IMG/VR virus record: IMGVR_UViG_3300048850_000068
Span: 53,558-117,557 of that record
DNA: 64,000 nt
Origin: a virus
Reading direction: 5' to 3' (one strand)
The translations under genes and the position numbers were made by a program. Positions 58,858 to 64,000 of the stretch are shown here, piece by piece. Position 1 is the stretch's first letter. Each line of letters begins with the position of its first letter. The notes below the pieces were generated by a model. The model was not told the origin of the DNA and did no database searches. It saw only the letters and a program-made list of their open reading frames with translations.

Positions 58858-59379
58858 TCATAGATGCGTCCATGTCTTCCTCGCTCGAATATCTTTCAGG
58901 GTCTTCATGCTTACTGATTTCATTATAGCGATTTCGCTAAGGGATGCTTCCGGCGCTGCGCGGATTTCTTCAACATCCAGCGCCGTTAGCTTCGCATTGG
59001 CGTTCGAGGAACCTCTGGTCGCCTTCAAGCCCGTCTCGTAGGCGTGCTTTTCCTGCTCGGCGCGGGTCGCCCATTCCAGATTGGATTCCCAGTTGTGCGC
59101 CTTCACACCGTCCTTATGATTGACCTCGGGCTTGTTCTCCGGGTTCGGGATATGAGCGAGCGCAACCATGCGGTTGACCAGCACGCTCTTGACGATCCCT
59201 TCGAACGTCATGGTGAAGTAGATGCGGCCCGTCTTCTTATGGGTCGAGGGCGTCACCTTCTTGTAGATGCGCTTCCCATTCTCCGTGCGCTTGTGCTTCC
59301 AGATCGTGCCGTCCTTCTTGGCGACATAGACCCGTTGCTTCAGCGCACGGAGAATCCAGGCGTCCTTGTCGAATGCCAT
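58858..59379 (-). CDS. HNH homing-type endonuclease
   Basis: VNRMVALAHIPNPENKPEVNHKDGVKAHN..NLEW; C-terminal AKLT..HTH. Confidence 0.85.
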   Translation of the reverse strand: MAFDKDAWILRALKQRVYVAKKDGTIWKHKRTENGKRIYKKVTPSTHKKTGRIYFTMTFEGIVKSVLVNRMVALAHIPNPENKPEVNHKDGVKAHNWESNLEWATRAEQEKHAYETGLKATRGSSNANAKLTALDVEEIRAAPEASLSEIAIMKSVSMKTLKDIRARKTWTHL

Positions 59380-59595
59380 CAGTCGTGATCCGGGTAGGAC
59401 ATGCCGAGATATTGCATGTTGGAGCGGCGATAGACCTGCCAGCCCATCGAGAAGGCGTGCCAAATCAGAACTTCTGTCGGAGTGACCACGGTATAGCCAC
59501 TGCGACGGATCCATTGCTCGCGGGAGAACCGCTCGTTCATGTGTTCACCAGGTCCACAAAGAACATCACGAGCCCGAGCAGCACGACGAAACCCA

Positions 59596-60392
59596 TCACC
59601 AGAGATCCTCGCTGAAGAGATACGTATTCACGCCACCCTTGAGGAGCTGCTTGGCCTCGGTCGCAATCCAGCCGGCAGTGTCACGGTCGACGAACACGCC
59701 CTTGTCCGTGATGAAGCCCTGCTCGGCGCCGGGAATTGCGTTGCCGACGGCAGCCATCGCATGAAAGGCGTTGTGATGACGGCCCGGAGCCTCGGTTGTA
59801 ACGATCAGCGGCAGCATAGGCTCACCGTTCGGATAGAAGAGGTTTGAGACGCGCAAGGCTGCGGCGACAATCCGCGTGCCATACTTCTCGCGCTGCTCCT
59901 CCTTCCAGGCCTTCGCCATATAGGCGAGGCGCTCGCGCAGGTGATACATTTGCTCATGATCCCGTGGCCCGGCAGCCCACTCGCTCGCAGCGTTAACAGG
60001 CATCTTTACGCCGAACATGTCCTGCAGGTCCAACTGCGTGATCGGGGCGTTCCAGCAATCGTCACACTTGGGATTGCGCTTCTCGCTCTCGTAGGTCGCG
60101 CCACAGCAGACGCAATTACCCATGTAGTTGCCCGGGAAGAGGGTGCTGCGCTTCACGTTTTTCCAATCGAGCTTCATTTGCCCTCCAATGCCTTTCTCAC
60201 GGCATAGATCGTGTCGGAGACGTCTTTCGGGACCAGGCCCATCGTGCAATCGGTGATGACGTTCACGATCAGGATCAGGCCTTTGTCGGTGAGCCTGCCC
60301 TCGCCGTGGGCGTGCATGTAGTGGTGGAGGGTCTCGAGGGACTTCCTCGAGAGCTCCTCTTGCATCGTGGGCCATTCATTGTCGGCCGGCAT
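59596..60392 (-). CDS. Two hypothetical ORFs (59596-60177, 60174-60392)
   Basis: Coupled; the first has CxxC pairs and QGFIT..G.FVDR..LFSEDLW. Confidence 0.55.
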
Positions 60393-60395
60393 GGC

Positions 60396-60971
60396 TTAGA
60401 ACACCGGAATGTTGCGGGACCCGGCGAGGTCGTGGAAGCGCTGCAAGAACATCCCCTTCGCCTGCTCCCAGCTCCAGCCGTGAATGATGCCCGGATAGAT
60501 CAGGCTGCGGTCGTGCATGCCGGCGCTCGCGGCGCCCTGGATCACGATCTGATCCCATTCCGCGGCCGTCACAGCCTCGTCGGCCCGCTTAACCGATGCA
60601 GGGTAGGGGAAGCGCAGATTGAAGCGCTTGGCGATCGCCTCTTCGTTGAGGTGCTCGACCTTGCGGAAGGGCGTGGCGAACTCGTCGTCATACTTGAGCG
60701 GCCGGATCAGGTCGCCGTTGTAGGCTTCCGAGCCGTCGTGCATGAGACCCTCGAGGGCGTCTTCCGGGTCCGTCATCAGCGAGACGTAGTAGGAGTGTTC
60801 CGCGACCGAGTAGTAGCGCTTCACCGAGCCGTTCCAGCGAACCTTCATCGCCAGGTGATGCGCGATGGTCTCGATGTTGACCTCTTCCGGGCGGGGATCG
60901 AGCGGCCAGTAGGGCAGCCCGGCTGCGGTGCTCATGAAGTGGCCGCGACGAATTGGGGTCTGGGCGTTCAT
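60396..60971 (-). CDS. HD-domain phosphohydrolase (YfbR/5'-deoxynucleotidase-like)
   Basis: YSVAEHS, LMHDGSEAY.GD, VKRAD. Confidence 0.88.
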   Translation of the reverse strand: MNAQTPIRRGHFMSTAAGLPYWPLDPRPEEVNIETIAHHLAMKVRWNGSVKRYYSVAEHSYYVSLMTDPEDALEGLMHDGSEAYNGDLIRPLKYDDEFATPFRKVEHLNEEAIAKRFNLRFPYPASVKRADEAVTAAEWDQIVIQGAASAGMHDRSLIYPGIIHGWSWEQAKGMFLQRFHDLAGSRNIPVF

Positions 60972-61055
60972 TTCGTGTCCTCGTGCTGTGCGCGTTCTCT
61001 TAAGTCAGTAATGACTTATAGCAGAGAACGCGCGGATTGAAAGTGGGAAGTGCGA

Positions 61056-62597
61056 TTAGTAGCTAAAGCCCTCGTTCTTCAGGCGCTTAGCCAGCTTCTT
61101 GCGGCAGATGCCGAGTTCAGCTTCGACTACCCGGAGCGACTTGCCGTCCTTGAGCATAGCCTTGGCCTTCTCGACCCGCTCCTCGTAGGCTGCCTTCTTG
61201 GAGCTCGCGGGCGTCACGTTCTCGGCGATCGCCTTGATGAGCGGGTTGGCAATCCAGCGGCCGACACCGCGCGAATCCTTGACCTTGAGGCGTGCGGAGT
61301 TGCGGTTGACCTCGTCGACCTCGATGACCTGGTGATCGCCGTCGCTGACCCAGGAGCTTCCCTTGATCGTCACGAAGTCGCCGATCTTCGCCAGTTCCCA
61401 CGCCAGCAGTGGCGTCTTGCGCTCCGGCTTCTGCATCTCGGTCGCGACCGCGGTCATCGCTGCGGAGAAGTCGCCATCGGTCGCTGCCTTGACCAGGCTC
61501 TCACGGGTCGCCTTCTTGACGTCCTGACGCACCTTGGCCGGGCTGACATAAGTCGCCTTCTTCTTCTCGTCCGGAACCTCGACGACGGGCTTCACCTTCG
61601 CCTTCGGGTCGGCGCGCTTCACCTGGCCCTTCTTCTTCTTGACCAGAATCGCCGCATTCGGGTTGACCACGGTCGAGCCGCCCACCGTCACCGTCTCGAC
61701 GATGCCGATATGATTGCCGGCGATCACGTTGGCGAGAATCGTCCGGCCCTCTTCGGTGCTCATGGCCGAGCCGCGCACGCCGTTCTCGCTGCGGCTGGTG
61801 AGCGCCTTATAGGTAGCCGAGGGCAGCTTCTCGACCAGGTGATAGGATGCGACGCGCATCTTGCCGTTCTCCTGGCTTGGCACTGCGACCACGTCCCGAG
61901 CGCGCACCTTGGCGATGAACGCCGTGTTGCCGTAGGAGCCATAGCGGTTCGAGCACACATGCAGGCCGGTGGAGCATTCGGTGCGCCGGCTGTCGATGTC
62001 CTTCAGGGGCATCTTAACCAGCGAACCGAGGCGCTGGCGCACCTTCCGGGTGTGCTTGTCCACATAATAGCCCTCGTTGCCGGCGCCGCCCTGCGCGTCG
62101 AGGAACTTGTAGACCAGGATCGAGCCGTCATCGGCGATGGGAAGGTCGCCCTTCTCCATGAAGTCGAGGAGCTCCTGCGCCGTGTGATTGTGCGAAATCT
62201 CGGCGAAGGATTCCATGAACAGCTTGAAGCCGGTGAAGTTCTCGCCATAGGCCGCGCGCTTGAGATGGGTCTCCAGCTTGCCGGCGTTCTCGATGCGGGA
62301 CCCGCCGATGGTCACCGCGGCGATCTCGTCCGAGCCTTCGACGGTCTCGACCTTGACCTCGCCGCCCGATGCCTTCTCGATCAGGCCCTTGACCGAATAC
62401 TTGGACAGGTCGAGCGCGACGGGCTGGCCCGGGTTGGTGGCGAGTGGAATCAGGGTCGCCTGGACGATCTCCTGGATCTTCCAATCGCCTTGCTGATAGA
62501 CCTTCGATACGCCGTCGGTCGTGAACAGCGTCACGCCGTTCTGACTGAGGATGGCGCCGACGACATAGATAATGCCGGTTGTATTCGCGATGCTCAT
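61056..62597 (-). CDS. rIIB: rIIB-like protein
   Basis: FMEKGDLPIADDG..VYK, CSTGLHV, KV..RDVVAVP..KMRV..Y. Confidence 0.8.
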   Translation of the reverse strand: MSIANTTGIIYVVGAILSQNGVTLFTTDGVSKVYQQGDWKIQEIVQATLIPLATNPGQPVALDLSKYSVKGLIEKASGGEVKVETVEGSDEIAAVTIGGSRIENAGKLETHLKRAAYGENFTGFKLFMESFAEISHNHTAQELLDFMEKGDLPIADDGSILVYKFLDAQGGAGNEGYYVDKHTRKVRQRLGSLVKMPLKDIDSRRTECSTGLHVCSNRYGSYGNTAFIAKVRARDVVAVPSQENGKMRVASYHLVEKLPSATYKALTSRSENGVRGSAMSTEEGRTILANVIAGNHIGIVETVTVGGSTVVNPNAAILVKKKKGQVKRADPKAKVKPVVEVPDEKKKATYVSPAKVRQDVKKATRESLVKAATDGDFSAAMTAVATEMQKPERKTPLLAWELAKIGDFVTIKGSSWVSDGDHQVIEVDEVNRNSARLKVKDSRGVGRWIANPLIKAIAENVTPASSKKAAYEERVEKAKAMLKDGKSLRVVEAELGICRKKLAKRLKNEGFSY

Positions 62598-64000
62598 GCT
62601 GCCTCCTTGAGGACTTCGGTTGCGGTTTCAGGGGTCTTCTTGGTCTTCGCCTTCAAGCGCCGCTTGAAGGCGTATTCGATCAGGTCGCAGAACTCCTCGT
62701 GGAACCTCTTGTCGAGGGTCCGGAGGTTCTCGGCGCTCACCACGAGCTTTCTGAGGATCTGCAGGTGTTCGGGCGAGGGCAGGGTGCCCTGTGCGATCTT
62801 CTTGAGCGCCGGATCGGCCTTGCTCGTGAAGAGCACGCCGTCGACCAGCTTCTCGAATGCGTCGCGGTCCTTGCGGAGCAGGTCACGGTGATCGTAATCG
62901 ACGGTGAACTGGTTCTGCTCGCGCTTGCTGAGCACGGCACAAGCGCCCATCCAGAAGCGATACGCCTCTTCGCGGTCCGGATCGTCCTTATAGGTCAGAT
63001 CTCCCAGCGCCAGGTGCGCCATGCGCCGCGAGGTGGTGATCATCGCCACGGCGAGGGGCTCGGGTCCATAGGCGCTCTTGTCGAAGCGGTCGAGCGTGAT
63101 GAAGCGGGCAAGCGCCAGGTAGAAGGCGTCGTAGCTCTTAGGCCTCTTGAGGCGCTTACGGGCGCGTTCGAGGACCACGTCCTCAAACCGCTTCACCTTC
63201 GCGTCCTCATAGCGCTGACGAGCCTTGACGCCGTGCGCAACAGCCACATCCGAGAAGATCGGCGCCAGCCAGTCGCCCAGGTTCTTGAACACATGCCCCT
63301 TGGGCACGCGCACCGTCTCGCTGTTGCTGAAACTCAGCAGCAGATAGGATTGCGGCTCGAAGGCGATGTAGTCCGGCCGCTTGACGTCAACGAAGTCGTA
63401 GCAGTTCTGCGTCACATAGCCGAAGTTGAGGGTCATGTGATACTCGACCTTCTTCTTCTTCTCCGCCGCGATCTGCTCGGGCGTCTTCTTGGGCTTGCGC
63501 GCGACCTCGGGCTTGTCGAGGAGCTCCAACTCGATGCCGAGCTTCTCGCAGCGGTCGATCAGACGCAGCATGGCGTCCTCGCGGATCTTGCTCGAGACCA
63601 CGTAGAATCCCGGCTCGCCGTAGGTCGCGGCCGCAACGATGTTGGGCGCCATCACCAGCTTGAGAGGCTGCTTAACCAGGCGGTGCGCCTCGTGCGAGCT
63701 CGGCTCCTCCTGAAGGACGGAGCGCAACTGCTTGCCCTTGAGCCAGCGATACTTCAGGTGCTTGGCGAACCCGATCGCATTGAGCGCCTTCAGCACGCGC
63801 CGCATCCGGTAGTCATAGATCTGCGGCGCCAGGTATTCCTGGCTATACAGTCGCTTCACATCAACTCGGAAGCCCGGGTTCAGGCGCCGTGCGACCCGGC
63901 CCACGTCGCGCGCCTCGAAGCCCGTGTTGTAGATATAGCGGTTGGCGATTGCCTTCACGATCTCGTCGGCGCCGACAAACGGACCCTGAATGCGCGCCGG
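62594..64000 (-). CDS. C-terminal part of rIIA-like protein (runs off window end)
   Basis: Frame open to 64000; identity inferred only from position directly upstream of rIIB. Confidence 0.55.
   Translation of the reverse strand, partial: PARIQGPFVGADEIVKAIANRYIYNTGFEARDVGRVARRLNPGFRVDVKRLYSQEYLAPQIYDYRMRRVLKALNAIGFAKHLKYRWLKGKQLRSVLQEEPSSHEAHRLVKQPLKLVMAPNIVAAATYGEPGFYVVSSKIREDAMLRLIDRCEKLGIELELLDKPEVARKPKKTPEQIAAEKKKKVEYHMTLNFGYVTQNCYDFVDVKRPDYIAFEPQSYLLLSFSNSETVRVPKGHVFKNLGDWLAPIFSDVAVAHGVKARQRYEDAKVKRFEDVVLERARKRLKRPKSYDAFYLALARFITLDRFDKSAYGPEPLAVAMITTSRRMAHLALGDLTYKDDPDREEAYRFWMGACAVLSKREQNQFTVDYDHRDLLRKDRDAFEKLVDGVLFTSKADPALKKIAQGTLPSPEHLQILRKLVVSAENLRTLDKRFHEEFCDLIEYAFKRRLKAKTKKTPETATEVLKEAA

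Larger units (their letters stand above)
48665..58940. repeat. Dispersed TTTCGCTA/TAGCGAAA repeats (also upstream of parA at 31444-31462)
   Basis: About 20 clusters, e.g. 48666, 50002, 50858, 51888, 52599, 53051, 53261, 53588, 54968, 55443, 56418, 56965, 58931. Confidence 0.8.
4161..61018. promoter_or_regulatory. Dispersed 18-bp operator palindrome TAAGTCA-N4-TGACTTA (>20 copies)
   Basis: Starts at 4161, 9145, 9925, 10522, 10566, 14156, 15758, 16738, 16805, 19459, 21393, 24482, 25864, 27674, 29574, 33188, 42600, 43955, 44035, 47404, 50443, 57868, 61001. Confidence 0.9.

Overview
A 64-kb slice of a GC-rich siphovirus-type phage genome. ParA plus an RHH partner and no integrase in view point to a phage-plasmid; CtrA-type boxes point to an alphaproteobacterial host. 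1-21.4 kb (minus strand) is a complete morphogenesis block: TerS, TerL, portal, scaffold, capsid, an SGNH-esterase head appendage, neck, tail tube, frameshifted chaperone, a tape measure protein with a cell-wall hydrolase domain, and lambda-like M/L/K/I/J. 21.5-27.7 kb is a terminase-linked module (2x ParB, ABC ATPase, GNAT/Mom-like acyltransferase, kinase, HAD) inferred to modify DNA. 27.7-32.7 kb holds a helicase, a dNMP kinase and the partition genes. 37-64 kb holds small early/accessory genes (DUF4942-MTase, SLT, RtcB, DEDD exonuclease, HNH, HD, rIIA/rIIB). The most striking feature is a ~1.62-kb island (32908-34524) with essentially no GG or CC dinucleotide (one GG seen). It carries its own sigma70 promoter, three ORFs lacking Gly/Pro/Trp and terminators. 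Its main ORF is a recoded paralogue of the neighbouring normal gene, and a 16-bp-period CCAYRTGG array borders it. Repeated early promoters elsewhere are also locally GG/CC-free. Inferred model: the phage (or its host) chemically marks GG/CC, and the phage keeps a mark-free start-up cassette. All counts are by eye; no searches were run.
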